A stretch of DNA of 64,000 nucleotides from an uncultured virus (IMG/VR IMGVR_UViG_3300025687_000023) (Duplodnaviria; Heunggongvirae; Uroviricota; Caudoviricetes): the IMG/VR virus record IMGVR_UViG_3300025687_000023; one strand, given 5' to 3'. Both the position numbers and the translations under genes were made by a program. The notes beneath the pieces are model-generated. The model searched no databases and was not told where the DNA came from. It saw nothing but the letters and a program-made list of their open reading frames with translations. This document shows positions 25,648-37,039 of this stretch, in pieces; position 1 is the stretch's first letter; each line of letters starts with the position of its first letter.

Positions 25648-26638
25648 TAAAACAGAAGAGTTTTTTAAAAAAGAAGTCGCAGAAGGAACACAAAGACCTG
25701 GAATTCTTCATAATGCTTTTAAGGAAAAGATGCCTACATTTGAAAAAGCAGGTTGCGAGTTTGTCTATCCAGATGTCAATTATGCAGTTGATGGTGGTGG
25801 AGATACAAAGATAAATGCTAATATTGTAATAGGTAGAGATAGGCCATCTCACTTAATGTCAGGATACGGAAAGATTGCCGGCCCTCCATGTGCTTCAATT
25901 GATCTTGTTGCCGGAAGAATGTCTGGAGCTAATAGGAAAAAAGGAGCAGTTAAGAAATATCTAGATGTGATAGATAGAGATACTGTTGTTGGAAATAATT
26001 TTGCCCTAGATGCTTCAAGGATCTATATTTCTCAAAAATGTGACATTGACCATTACTTTGGACTACCAGAAGGAAAATTTGGAAGACCAAAGGGTGAAGC
26101 TGGAATTGGTATTAAATCTGATCATGTAAGAATGATTGGAAGAAATTCAGTCAAAATATTTGCAGGAGGATCACAGTTCGAAAACCTAGGTTTAAAAGGA
26201 GAACTTGATTCAAATGGAGATAAATTAATTGACCCAAGAATTGAATTCATAACAGGAGACGGACAAGATTTACAACCAATTGTTCGAGGCAATAACTTGG
26301 TATTCTTACTAGATGAGATTTTGAATCAACTATCTTCTTTACAACAAGCTTTTCTTTTGCAAAATAAAAATATGGCAAAACTAAAAACTGTTTTATCAAC
26401 ACATTTTCATGTTGGAGGTGGTGCTGGAGTTGTGGTTGTTGGACCTGATCCGATTTTAGCTACAGCAGCTTTGTCTGATGTTCCAAAAGATCTTTTAAAA
26501 ATAACAGATAATATAACAAAATCTTTGAATTTTGAAATTTTAAAATTAAATTATCTTGGAATCGGAGATCCTGATAATCCAACATTAAGGTTGAAAACAA
26601 GAAAAAACATACTTAGCAGAACAGTACATTCATCATAA
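25631..26638 (+). CDS. putative central spike protein (gp5/gpV C-terminal-like)
   Basis: Gly-rich beta repeats, PIVRGNNL, THFH metal-binding HxH near the C-terminus; GGAGGT SD before ATG 25631. Confidence 0.6.
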   Translation: MARIYNKTEEFFKKEVAEGTQRPGILHNAFKEKMPTFEKAGCEFVYPDVNYAVDGGGDTKINANIVIGRDRPSHLMSGYGKIAGPPCASIDLVAGRMSGANRKKGAVKKYLDVIDRDTVVGNNFALDASRIYISQKCDIDHYFGLPEGKFGRPKGEAGIGIKSDHVRMIGRNSVKIFAGGSQFENLGLKGELDSNGDKLIDPRIEFITGDGQDLQPIVRGNNLVFLLDEILNQLSSLQQAFLLQNKNMAKLKTVLSTHFHVGGGAGVVVVGPDPILATAALSDVPKDLLKITDNITKSLNFEILKLNYLGIGDPDNPTLRLKTRKNILSRTVHSS

Positions 26639-26647
26639 GGAAAAACA

Positions 26648-29600
26648 ATGGCAGAACAAGGATTACCATTAACAACTACGGTCACTCAGGTGGTTACAGC
26701 TTTGGAACAATATGTAGACATTGGAAAAAACTCTGGCAGCCCAGATGATTTTATTAGAATTTATATTAAACCTCGTCAAGGTACTAGTTCACAAAATCAC
26801 TTTTCTGATCAAGACGGTGATGGCTTAATAGATGGTTTAGATGGAGCTCCAACGGGCTACGATGATACGCCACTTTATGTTAAGATAAGGTTTGTAAAGA
26901 GAGGAAGAAATGAAATAAAAATAGAACATTTTTATGAATCAACAGACTTTACGTATAATACTTTAGTTATTGTAGTAAAATTTGATGGTGGAACTTCCGG
27001 AACTAATTATTCTCAATTAATGAGAAGAATAGAAGACTATTCAGCAGCTGAGTTTGTAAACGGAGGACAAAATTTCTATTTTCATTGTACAATATTTGGA
27101 AACAATCAATCTTTATTACCTTATAATAATAGTGTTGGAAATGGTAATCCAATGTTTGAAAATGATTTTCAAATTAAAACCTATGAAATAACAGAAGAGT
27201 TAACAACAACAACTGTGGACGATTCTTATTATACAGCAGAGGCAAACACCCAATCGTACACAGAGCCTGTTATCTCTTATTCTATAGAAGATCCGGATGG
27301 TGTTTCATCAACATTCGCAGATCTTCAAAAAGATATTTGTATCAAAGAACCAGTTGTTGATGAATTTGGATTAAATCAAAATCCTGATCTCAAAAGAATT
27401 TGCCCAACTTGTATCCCTAATCCAGACTTTATTCCTCCTGATTGGAGATATGAAACAATTTGGTTGAATGAGAAGACATGTAATTGGACTGTTCGAGTAA
27501 GATCAGAAGAACTTTTTTCTGAAGTAGCAAATAATCCACAATTAAGAGAAAAATATGTAAGAAAAGGAATAGTAGATATTTTAGGATATTTGAACAAACA
27601 GATCATCGACCAAGATATATGCTGGAATCCTCCGGAAAACGCATCAGAATCTTGTGCCCAAAGACTACCTCAATCAATTATCAATCAATACCTTGAAATC
27701 TATCAAGTTCCAACAGGAAATGGTGATGGTTCAACTTTCACTGTTTATCGTATGAATCCTTCGATTTATGACAATTACCAAATCAGAAACCCAATAGCTT
27801 TAGAATTGTTCGGAATGGCGGGAAGAATAAACCCTTCTTCTACTTCATCTGAAGGTGTTCCTTCGGATAATGCTAAAGCTCATATTGAGATCGTTGTTCC
27901 TGCTAATTTGATTAACTTAATACCTCAAGATTATCTCGCAGAAGAATCAGAAGACCAACAGCAAGAGTTAGAAAGTGTTGAAGAAGTAACTTTCAGGGGC
28001 CCTACAATTAAAAGAACATTTAAAAAAACGTTGCCAAAGTTATTCAAAACGTATTCTGAATATCAATCATTTTACAAGAAAACAGAAGGCGGACATTTGA
28101 GGATTGGTACTGACTTTGATCAAGAAACACCAGATACAAAGTTGTATTATTTTATTAAGTACGAAAAGCAATTTAAACAATTTTATTCTGATTTAAAAAA
28201 CCTCTTAGGAGAAAATAATTATAAACTTTACTCAGATGAATATGGCTCAAGCGCTTCTTACAAATCAAACTCAAAGTACAGTGGTGGACTCACACAAAAA
28301 CTAGCTGGTTCTGGTGTAAAATATCGAGAAGCTGTTGAGGTAAAGATAATATTTGATAAAAGTGATGAGTCTAATCCATTCAAAATAAGATCAGTAAAAG
28401 CGAAGTACGCTGGTTGCCCGTTTTACAGATGTGGTGTTGGTTTGAATGCATTTAAAGAAAAATATAACAATAGACCAACTCTCATGGCTTATGTTTCCAA
28501 AGCAAATGAAATGATGAGGGACATTGATAATTCCAGACAACTACCAGCTTGGAAAGATTTTGGAGTTAAATATACTTCACCGGAATTAACCTTTGTTTCC
28601 GGAGACCCTGATGGTAATCCAGACGCAGACAGTTGTTTGGATCAAAACGAAAGTACTTTTAATGATCTCGTACTAGGAGCTGAATTATCTTTTTCAAAAG
28701 CCGTAGAATACGCTTTCAATTCATTAAACTGTAGAGATTTTGAAAATTATGATAAAGATGAATACAAGAAGATTATGGGAGGACTAAAAAATGGTTCTTT
28801 ATCACCTGCTATAAACATTTATGCTCAAGAAGAACTAGAAGCTTACAACAAAGCCTTACAAATACAAAAAGATTATTGGAAGTTAGCTACTGAGGCAACT
28901 TCTCCTATTGCTAAGTTTTATAAATCATTAACAAATGAACAAACGAGAGATAAAGGATTCTTTGAGAGATTAACTGGAAAAACAATAGAAGAAGCTGTTG
29001 CTAATTTAAAAAACAAAAGCTCTCGAGAAGAGTTTGTTGGAGAACTTATTGAGAAGATAAACCCTTGTAATTGGGAATCTTTAACTTTGGATATAATTAA
29101 TTGTTTGTTAAAAGGACTAAACCCAGCTGAAGCTTTACAAACAGCAGTAAAAAGCTTGCTTAACTCTCAAGATCCTCAATCTTGGGAAAAAATATTTATT
29201 GGTCTAACACCTGAGCAACAACAAAAAATAAAAGAAGAAATACAAAACAATTTTGGAAATCTTCCAACACCTTGGGAATTTAAACAACAACAAGAGAAAA
29301 AAGGTGTTGTAAAAATAAACGATTATGAAGCCCAACGGCAACCTCCGCAAAATCCCGGAGACCTAACACAACAAGAAAACGCACAACTTCTTGATTCTTT
29401 ACAAGATACTGATGATCAAATTTTGCAACTCGAAGAGCAAATAAGAGAAAATAACAATAAAATTAATTCTTACAGACCCATCATTGGAGATATGTTTATT
29501 ATTAATTCAAAGCCAATAATAGGTGAATACACATCTGAAGATAAAGAAAATGAAAAATCAGAATTTATGTTTTTGAAAAGTATATCTGATAAAGATATTT

Positions 29601-32600
29601 TTCTATTATTTTACACAGAAGAGGAAATTCCAAATACGGTTATAAAATTTGATGAATTTTACAATTATTTAATTAATGAAGTTTCTATTTTAGAATCAGA
29701 AATACTCAACTACAATAATTCAATTTCTCAACTTAAAATACAAAAATCAAATACTACTAACGATGTAATTCAAGGACTAGAAGACGATAGGTTTAGAAAT
29801 GACGTAAATGCTTACGAACAAGCTGTTCAAAGAGTTGCAAAGGTTCTTTTAGAATCTTACACACAAGCATTAATAAATTCTTTTTCAATTGAAGAATTAA
29901 GAGAGTTAATTGATAGCATTCCCGGATCTGAGATATTTGCCACAGTTGTTGCAACAGCATCTTGCCCTAATACATCATCAATAGACGAGTTTCTAGATGA
30001 GGTTGTTGGAGGAATAGAACTAAATCCATGTATGGGAAAAAATGCTTGGTATTTTCCTGATATTCCCACTTTACCTGGTTTTGCTTGGCTCGATGTGTTA
30101 AAGTTTATGTTAAATAAATTTATCGAAAAGATAGTGAAATCAATCTTCGCAATATTGACCAAATATCTTCTAAAGACATTGCAAAAGATTTTAGCAAGAG
30201 CTTGTGATTTATTATCAGGTGTTGGTAGAACCTTGTTAGGAAATGACGATACAGGCTTGTTAGACGCCATTGCTGACGCTTTCTGCGAAGGAGATAGATT
30301 TACTCCCTTTGGAGAAACTCAAGAGGATTTAGGAGCAATTTCGGACGCTACAACAACACTTCAAGATTTTGTTTATCGTTACAGCACGCAGAAGATAGAT
30401 AAAGAACCTGTTGTAGATTGGGCAACAGCTGTAAGTCAAAACATCAATTCAAGTCAATTTTTGAACATATTTCTTGAAGGGGCTCCTCAAGGCTCTCCTT
30501 TGTTTGATTTAATCTGGGAAGCAACACAAGAAACCGAAATGTCTAATATTCTAAGAACTGAAGAAGACTTGGAAGAACTAATAAACTTGATAGGCAGTTA
30601 TCTAGATGAAGACCAAAAAGCTACAATAATGGGCTTGTTGGAAAATCAATATGAAACATTTAATACATCAGAAGATGGCGATACAACTTATGCAGAGTTT
30701 TGTAAAAGATATTTATGCTTAGAAACAGACACTGGTTTTACTCCCGGTACTGATCCTGGTGTTGCCATTGGTTTTGATTTAGAAGATTTATTTGATTCAT
30801 TTTTAAATGGACCCGATAGTGAATTTGAAGAAGAGTTTAGTAAAATATCACTAGATCCCGGTGGTGATCCTTTCTGTGATGATTTAAACGATCCAGACGA
30901 CCCAATGGAAATAGAAGGGTCTTCATTGATGTCACAATTACCACCAGAACTTAAAGACTTTCAAAAAGAATTAGCTGACTCTGTATTTGCTGATTTAGAA
31001 TCGGCATACATCTCAGATACAATTGAGGGAAGAAATTCGTTTTTTAATAATGTCTTGGCTGATCAAGATAATGTACCATTAGTTAGAGGAACTATTTCAT
31101 CACATGAAGCAAGAGTTGAGAGAAAGATATTGTTCCCGAATGCAGCCAACACAGTTGAAGACCATCAAGACAAGTACGATGATGCAAAAAATTTTCTAAG
31201 AAGAATAATGCATTTATTTGATTTTAAAAATGAAGATGGTGGAGTTAGAACTAGTAAGGCTGATGGTGATTACCCAACACCAACAAACTTATTCCCATCG
31301 ACCGTTGGAGCTTGGTTGAGAAAACAAAGTTCAAATTTTGTCTTTAACGCTGATTACAAAACAAGAATTTATCTAGAAGAAGAAACATCAAGAATAGTTT
31401 CTAAAAAAGAATGGAAAAGACTTGGATTTACCAGTAATAATATTGAATCTTTCAAAAGATTTAAACAAAAACCTGATTTAAGGTTATCTTATCGGGATAG
31501 AAATGGTGGAGATCACTTTACTTGGGGATTTGACTTAAATTACAATTCAGTATATCTGGAAGAAAGAAACGAAGATGAAGCATTTTATAATACATCAATT
31601 GCGCCATCATATGAATTAGAGATAAACGAATTTACCGCAACCGCTCCTCCATCAGGATTTAAATCAGCACTATTAAAGCTTTTACCATCTGTATTACAAA
31701 CAACCTATGAGATTGATGAGGAGACACTATTACAACTTCAAGTTCCTTTCAATTTGTCTGGATTTGAGGAATTGTACGAAAAATACAAAGAAGACATCCT
31801 TGTTGTTAAAATAGATAAAGATTCTTCTGTTGGAAGAAAAAGTCCTCAAGAAGCAGCATTTATCAATTTTCTATTAGACAATCCTGAAAGAAAAGTGATT
31901 ATCAATGTTGGTCAACAGTTTAAAGAAGAAGCTGGCTTGAGTGATAACTTGGCAACTTCTGAGGTCACTTTAGCTTTTGGTAAGTTTAATTCTTTGCCAA
32001 ATAGACTTTACGGCAAAATGAAAGACATGTTTGCAAAAAAACTAATTCATGGGATTTATTCTGCTTCTCGAGAAGGAGATTCTAATTCTTTCTTATTTGG
32101 ATACACAAAGGATTCTGAAATAAATTATCAAGATTTATTGTATGTAGACCCAACCGCTGATCCAAAAAACAGTGCAACTTGGAAATATTCTTACCGAGAA
32201 CAAGACAAAGTATTAGGAAAATCAGCAACAGAAAATAAGAGAGTTGTGTTCTTAGATCCTGAGGTTTATGGTGGAACTTATAAAAAACCAAAGATTTATA
32301 TTCATCCTCATCCTTACAAAGGATGGCTTGGTATTATGCAAGCATTTAATCCTGAAATGGATGGTTGTTCTCCAAAACGTTCTGGCTGGTTGTTTTTAGG
32401 AGAAATTTCTGAGAGAGTTAATAAGCTAGAAAACTCTTTGAAAAAAGACAAAAGATTAGAATACGATCCTGATTGTGTTAAAAAAGCACCATATGATTTA
32501 ATAGCTGATTCTTCAACACACGCATATCTAGATGGTATTGTTACTTCGACTATCAGAACTTATATAGTAGAAAATATTTTAAGAACCATGCCAACTCTAG

Positions 32601-34750
32601 GACAATTAAGGTTTAATTCACAAAACTTTGATACAGGTATGGGCCTATTTCTGATTAATAGGATGAAAGAAGAGATGAAAGACTTTCCAAATAATCGATT
32701 GTCTGGAAATATTTCCAAGCTGAGATATTGGTATCTATTTTTAGAACAAATGGTCCAAACAGTTGAGAGAAGAATTATAACTGGTGAAATCATAAAAGAT
32801 GAGAAATTAGAAGAATTATTTGCTAAAATACTAGAAGTAAAAACCTCTTATTATTATCCTTCAAAAAGAGATAGAAAAATATTCAAAAGAATAACTAAAA
32901 TTGCTTGGAATAGCGACGGTGTAGTAGATTATATGCTTTATGATTATGGCCAAGGTGCTGTAAAAACCTTGAGAGAAGGAGATCCATTATATTCAAAATT
33001 GTCTAACTTTATTGATGCGATTTCTTTTAATGCATTTGGTCCAAGCTTTAGACAAGTGCTTAAAAATATAACTGATTTTAATTTTAAAGTTAGAAAGATA
33101 AAATTAAAAGAATTGAGAATGTACACTAAAATTTATGACATTTACAGAAGTGAAGAAATAGCCACACAGATATCATCTTATTTGGTCTTGAATGAATTTA
33201 ACTCTTATCAATACAAAATACAAAAATATCTACCAGAAGAACCTTATATACAAGATTTGAACAAATTTGTATTAAATCCAAAATCCGGATTAACTATTGG
33301 GCCTCCAATAAATGTCGGAACTGTAGATGGAGAATATACTGATTCAATTGAGAAAGAATTATATGGAGACGTTGTTTCTGTTGTTGATGATCCAATGACA
33401 CAGCATCCATTAGAAAACTTATCACCTTTCATGGATGGAATACAAAAACAAACACTAAAAGTATTTGGTGGATTTTATTTAGAAAAATATGTTATTGTAA
33501 TTCCAAAGAAAGAAGTAAAAAGTAAAGACTTTCAGGATCAATTCTCGGATGTAAGTAATAGGCCAATTTCAGTTGAAAAATTTGCTGAGGTTTTTGGCGC
33601 TTTCAAACAATCAACTAAATATTCAGAAGAAACTGGTGAGCTTTTTATTTCTGACTTGTTTGGAAATGCTGTTAGAGAAGAAGAAGGGTATTCTGGATCA
33701 ATCGGAATAAGATTTGGAGTTAGACTGAGCTATCTACCTCCAGAAGGATTTGATCCAAGATCAGAAGATTTTGATAATGATTACTTTAGAAACATCAGAG
33801 GTTTTAGAGGTGTTCATTATTACAAAAATATTCCTAGTGAATTTGATTCTGAATCTTTTAAATATCCAATACCATTGGTGAATTTTGAAGAAGATATTAC
33901 TGACTACAAGATAAAAAATGTATCTCAATTTGAGATTGACAATTTGTTGAAATGTTATATTGATAAACTAGCAGAGAAGCCAGAGTACAAGTTCTTAATG
34001 AACTACATTTTTAATGTCAAAGGTTTTGCAACCATGTCATCAATTTACAGTTACTATGGTTTTCCTGATTCTATCGGAGAAGATCCGGGAGAAAGACCTG
34101 ATCCTTCTAGAGAGTCAAATAAAACTTGGATAAGTTTGATTATGAAGAAAACGAAAATGAAGAATTATGGATTATTTAAAAAATACTATGATGTTCAAAA
34201 TTTCAACAAAGAAGAGCAAACAGATCCAAAACACTCAGATGCTTTTAGAGGAAGAAGTAAACCAACTTTAGATAAAAACCTAAGTGACAATATTAGATGG
34301 TGGCAGAGAAAAAGGTTTTATGAACGTCCTTTTGATGAAGAAGGGAGAGAATGTGCTGATGGAGCATTGGCAGCATTTGATCAAAATCCTGGTAAACCTC
34401 CAAGAACAGATCAAAACACCTACAGTACCTCAACTGTTGTTGAAGAGGAAAATCCACTAAAGAAAATTGATCCAACTCCACAAGAAGCAGAGAAAGCATT
34501 ACAAGAGAAATTTATTGATCAAAGTCAAAACATTGCTTTCACAATACCTAGTTATGATGAAGAGGAAGAACAACAAGAAGAACAAGCAACAGTGGCTTCT
34601 CAAACAGAGACTACTATTGCAACAAACTCTGTTGCTTTTGCAAGTGAAGTTTATCAAGAAGCACAAGAAGAAGAGCCTTTGTTTGGAGAAGAAGATAAAG
34701 TAGAAGGAAGTACGATTAATCAATTTAGCAACATAACAAAGAATTTGTAG
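26648..34750 (+). CDS. 2700-aa putative virion structural protein
   Basis: Uninterrupted ORF between the spike and gp25-like genes; helical/coiled-coil middle; many Cys. Confidence 0.7.
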   Translation: MAEQGLPLTTTVTQVVTALEQYVDIGKNSGSPDDFIRIYIKPRQGTSSQNHFSDQDGDGLIDGLDGAPTGYDDTPLYVKIRFVKRGRNEIKIEHFYESTDFTYNTLVIVVKFDGGTSGTNYSQLMRRIEDYSAAEFVNGGQNFYFHCTIFGNNQSLLPYNNSVGNGNPMFENDFQIKTYEITEELTTTTVDDSYYTAEANTQSYTEPVISYSIEDPDGVSSTFADLQKDICIKEPVVDEFGLNQNPDLKRICPTCIPNPDFIPPDWRYETIWLNEKTCNWTVRVRSEELFSEVANNPQLREKYVRKGIVDILGYLNKQIIDQDICWNPPENASESCAQRLPQSIINQYLEIYQVPTGNGDGSTFTVYRMNPSIYDNYQIRNPIALELFGMAGRINPSSTSSEGVPSDNAKAHIEIVVPANLINLIPQDYLAEESEDQQQELESVEEVTFRGPTIKRTFKKTLPKLFKTYSEYQSFYKKTEGGHLRIGTDFDQETPDTKLYYFIKYEKQFKQFYSDLKNLLGENNYKLYSDEYGSSASYKSNSKYSGGLTQKLAGSGVKYREAVEVKIIFDKSDESNPFKIRSVKAKYAGCPFYRCGVGLNAFKEKYNNRPTLMAYVSKANEMMRDIDNSRQLPAWKDFGVKYTSPELTFVSGDPDGNPDADSCLDQNESTFNDLVLGAELSFSKAVEYAFNSLNCRDFENYDKDEYKKIMGGLKNGSLSPAINIYAQEELEAYNKALQIQKDYWKLATEATSPIAKFYKSLTNEQTRDKGFFERLTGKTIEEAVANLKNKSSREEFVGELIEKINPCNWESLTLDIINCLLKGLNPAEALQTAVKSLLNSQDPQSWEKIFIGLTPEQQQKIKEEIQNNFGNLPTPWEFKQQQEKKGVVKINDYEAQRQPPQNPGDLTQQENAQLLDSLQDTDDQILQLEEQIRENNNKINSYRPIIGDMFIINSKPIIGEYTSEDKENEKSEFMFLKSISDKDIFLLFYTEEEIPNTVIKFDEFYNYLINEVSILESEILNYNNSISQLKIQKSNTTNDVIQGLEDDRFRNDVNAYEQAVQRVAKVLLESYTQALINSFSIEELRELIDSIPGSEIFATVVATASCPNTSSIDEFLDEVVGGIELNPCMGKNAWYFPDIPTLPGFAWLDVLKFMLNKFIEKIVKSIFAILTKYLLKTLQKILARACDLLSGVGRTLLGNDDTGLLDAIADAFCEGDRFTPFGETQEDLGAISDATTTLQDFVYRYSTQKIDKEPVVDWATAVSQNINSSQFLNIFLEGAPQGSPLFDLIWEATQETEMSNILRTEEDLEELINLIGSYLDEDQKATIMGLLENQYETFNTSEDGDTTYAEFCKRYLCLETDTGFTPGTDPGVAIGFDLEDLFDSFLNGPDSEFEEEFSKISLDPGGDPFCDDLNDPDDPMEIEGSSLMSQLPPELKDFQKELADSVFADLESAYISDTIEGRNSFFNNVLADQDNVPLVRGTISSHEARVERKILFPNAANTVEDHQDKYDDAKNFLRRIMHLFDFKNEDGGVRTSKADGDYPTPTNLFPSTVGAWLRKQSSNFVFNADYKTRIYLEEETSRIVSKKEWKRLGFTSNNIESFKRFKQKPDLRLSYRDRNGGDHFTWGFDLNYNSVYLEERNEDEAFYNTSIAPSYELEINEFTATAPPSGFKSALLKLLPSVLQTTYEIDEETLLQLQVPFNLSGFEELYEKYKEDILVVKIDKDSSVGRKSPQEAAFINFLLDNPERKVIINVGQQFKEEAGLSDNLATSEVTLAFGKFNSLPNRLYGKMKDMFAKKLIHGIYSASREGDSNSFLFGYTKDSEINYQDLLYVDPTADPKNSATWKYSYREQDKVLGKSATENKRVVFLDPEVYGGTYKKPKIYIHPHPYKGWLGIMQAFNPEMDGCSPKRSGWLFLGEISERVNKLENSLKKDKRLEYDPDCVKKAPYDLIADSSTHAYLDGIVTSTIRTYIVENILRTMPTLGQLRFNSQNFDTGMGLFLINRMKEEMKDFPNNRLSGNISKLRYWYLFLEQMVQTVERRIITGEIIKDEKLEELFAKILEVKTSYYYPSKRDRKIFKRITKIAWNSDGVVDYMLYDYGQGAVKTLREGDPLYSKLSNFIDAISFNAFGPSFRQVLKNITDFNFKVRKIKLKELRMYTKIYDIYRSEEIATQISSYLVLNEFNSYQYKIQKYLPEEPYIQDLNKFVLNPKSGLTIGPPINVGTVDGEYTDSIEKELYGDVVSVVDDPMTQHPLENLSPFMDGIQKQTLKVFGGFYLEKYVIVIPKKEVKSKDFQDQFSDVSNRPISVEKFAEVFGAFKQSTKYSEETGELFISDLFGNAVREEEGYSGSIGIRFGVRLSYLPPEGFDPRSEDFDNDYFRNIRGFRGVHYYKNIPSEFDSESFKYPIPLVNFEEDITDYKIKNVSQFEIDNLLKCYIDKLAEKPEYKFLMNYIFNVKGFATMSSIYSYYGFPDSIGEDPGERPDPSRESNKTWISLIMKKTKMKNYGLFKKYYDVQNFNKEEQTDPKHSDAFRGRSKPTLDKNLSDNIRWWQRKRFYERPFDEEGRECADGALAAFDQNPGKPPRTDQNTYSTSTVVEEENPLKKIDPTPQEAEKALQEKFIDQSQNIAFTIPSYDEEEEQQEEQATVASQTETTIATNSVAFASEVYQEAQEEEPLFGEEDKVEGSTINQFSNITKNL

Positions 34751-34760
34751 AGGATAATAT

Positions 34761-35183
34761 ATGTCGGTCAAAAATAATTATTTCGGAATATCAGCATTAA
34801 GAGATATTACAGTAAAAGTGCCATTGAACATTGAAGGTAATAATGTAGGCTACGAAACTTTAAACGAAGAAGAAATATCTGAGGTTATAAAGTTCAATTT
34901 AAAGTCAATAATTCTAACACATCCCGGAGAGCGTATGGATACCCGTTTTGGAGTTGGAATAAAGCGTTTTCTATTTGAACAAGCTGGTGATGAGCTTTAC
35001 CAAACAGTACAATCTACAATATTTAATCAAATAAGAACATATATGCCTTGGTTGACTAATGTGAACGTTCAGGTTTTTGGAGAAGACAATGAAAGAAAAC
35101 TATCTGTAGCAATAAAATACAAGTTGAATAGTCCCGAGATTGTGGATTATTTTGAACTTTCTCTTTCAATTGATGAATTATAA
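34761..35183 (+). CDS. baseplate wedge protein, gp25/GpW-like
   Basis: IKFNLKSIILTHPGER..FGVGIKRFLFE..QIRTYMPW. Confidence 0.88.
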   Translation: MSVKNNYFGISALRDITVKVPLNIEGNNVGYETLNEEEISEVIKFNLKSIILTHPGERMDTRFGVGIKRFLFEQAGDELYQTVQSTIFNQIRTYMPWLTNVNVQVFGEDNERKLSVAIKYKLNSPEIVDYFELSLSIDEL

Positions 35184-35201
35184 AAATTTTATTGCCTTAA
35201 T

Positions 35202-35209
35202 CCTATTTA
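35202..35209 (+). promoter_or_regulatory. putative late promoter motif CCTATTTA
   Basis: Intergenic, upstream of the GAGGA SD and ATG 35228. Confidence 0.5.
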
Positions 35210-35227
35210 TTATCAGAGGATTGACAG

Positions 35228-37039
35228 ATGCCGAAGAACAAAAATATTCCAATAAAATACACCAGTAGAGACTTTAATTCAATAAAGAAAGACTTAATAG
35301 AACATGCTAAGAGATATTATCCTGATAACTATAATGATTTCTCTGAGGCTTCCTTTGGATCTTTAATGTTTGACACCGTTTCGTACATAGGAGATGTATT
35401 ATCTTATTATTTAGACTATTCAGTCAATGAATCATTCTTAGATACAGCAATCGAGTTTCCAAATGTCAGAAGACATGCAAAGAACCTAGGTTATAATTTT
35501 ACAGGAATACCTGTTGCTTTCGGTTCAGTTGCTTTATTCATTGAAGTACCAGCAAACTCAGATGGAAATGGACCAAATACATCATACATTCCGGTCCTTA
35601 AAAAAGGAGCTGAATTTCTTGGTGGCAATGGAACAACTTACACTTTATTAGAAGACGTTAGGTTTGATAGACCAGAGAATGATATAATAGCAGTTAAATT
35701 TAACAATGTAACAGGTCAAGCAACTCATTATGCAATAAGATCTTTCGGTCAAGTTTCATCAGGTAAATCATTTACAGCTATTATTGATTTGTCTCAAGCA
35801 ACATTTAAAAAATTTAGAAGAGTACAAGTAGGAGATAATACAATTTCTGAGATAATTGATGTAAGAGATGCCGAAGGAAATGTGTTTTATGAAGTTGACT
35901 TCTTATCTCAAGAAACAGTCTTTGTTGAAACAACAAACCCTACAGCTTTATCAGACGGTGTTAGATCTATAATGAAGCCATATGTAACAGCCCGTAGATT
36001 TATCTTAGAACAAGACGATACAGGAACTTATATACAATTTGGTTTCGGATCAGACGACGATGACGATTCAGGACTTGCAGATCCATCTCAAGTAGCTATT
36101 CAAATGCATGGCAAGAATTATGTTACAAGTAAAGCAATAGATCCAACAAAGCTATTAGGCACAGACAAGCTTGGGATATCTCCACAAGGAACAACACTAA
36201 CAGTTACTTACAGAAAGAATGATGGTAATATTACCAACGCAGGACCAAGAACAATTAAAGAGGTTTCTTTTTCGAATCTAGTATTTAGTAATCCTAACAC
36301 TTTAGACAGTGGTCTTATCAATACTGTTAAGTCTAGTTTAGAAGTTATCAATGATGAACCGATAGTTGGTTCTTCTGTTGATTTTACAATAGATGAATTG
36401 AAAGTAAGGTCAAAGAACTTTTTTGCTTCTCAAAACAGAGCTGTTACCAAAATGGATTACGAAGCAATTGCTTACAATATGCCAACAAAATTTGGCCAAG
36501 TAAAAAGAGTTAATGTTATCAATAATCCTTTTGCTACTAATAAGAAGCTAGCTATTTACGTTGCTTCAATAGATAATCAAGGAGCATTTGTTCAAACAAA
36601 TCAGGCAACAAAAAATAATTTAAAAAATTGGTTAAACCAGTATGCGTCGATAAATGATGTTATTGAGATATTTGATGCAAAGATTGTAAACTTTTCAATT
36701 GATTTTTCAATAATGACAGACAATAGATATGATACATCGACAGTATTGGCTAATGCTATCACAAGACTTAAGAATAAATATTCAGAAAAGTTTTACATTG
36801 GTGAACCGATCTATATTAACGACATCTACAATCTTCTCTCAAAAACAGAAGGTGTGATTGATGTTAAAGAAGTTAAGATTGAAAATAAAAACGCTTCAAA
36901 CCACGGAACAGGATATTCAAATATTCAATTGGAAATGCAGGATATGATCTCACAAGATAGAACTTACTACAAGGCTCCAAAAAACGTAATATTTGAACTC
37001 AAGTTTCCGAATCAAGACATCAAAGGGAAAGCAAGATAA
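35228..37039 (+). CDS. baseplate wedge protein, T4 gp6/baseplate J-like
   Basis: YTSRDFNSIK, NESFLDTA..AKNLGY, IQFGFG, FASQNRAVTKMDY. Confidence 0.9.
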   Translation: MPKNKNIPIKYTSRDFNSIKKDLIEHAKRYYPDNYNDFSEASFGSLMFDTVSYIGDVLSYYLDYSVNESFLDTAIEFPNVRRHAKNLGYNFTGIPVAFGSVALFIEVPANSDGNGPNTSYIPVLKKGAEFLGGNGTTYTLLEDVRFDRPENDIIAVKFNNVTGQATHYAIRSFGQVSSGKSFTAIIDLSQATFKKFRRVQVGDNTISEIIDVRDAEGNVFYEVDFLSQETVFVETTNPTALSDGVRSIMKPYVTARRFILEQDDTGTYIQFGFGSDDDDDSGLADPSQVAIQMHGKNYVTSKAIDPTKLLGTDKLGISPQGTTLTVTYRKNDGNITNAGPRTIKEVSFSNLVFSNPNTLDSGLINTVKSSLEVINDEPIVGSSVDFTIDELKVRSKNFFASQNRAVTKMDYEAIAYNMPTKFGQVKRVNVINNPFATNKKLAIYVASIDNQGAFVQTNQATKNNLKNWLNQYASINDVIEIFDAKIVNFSIDFSIMTDNRYDTSTVLANAITRLKNKYSEKFYIGEPIYINDIYNLLSKTEGVIDVKEVKIENKNASNHGTGYSNIQLEMQDMISQDRTYYKAPKNVIFELKFPNQDIKGKAR

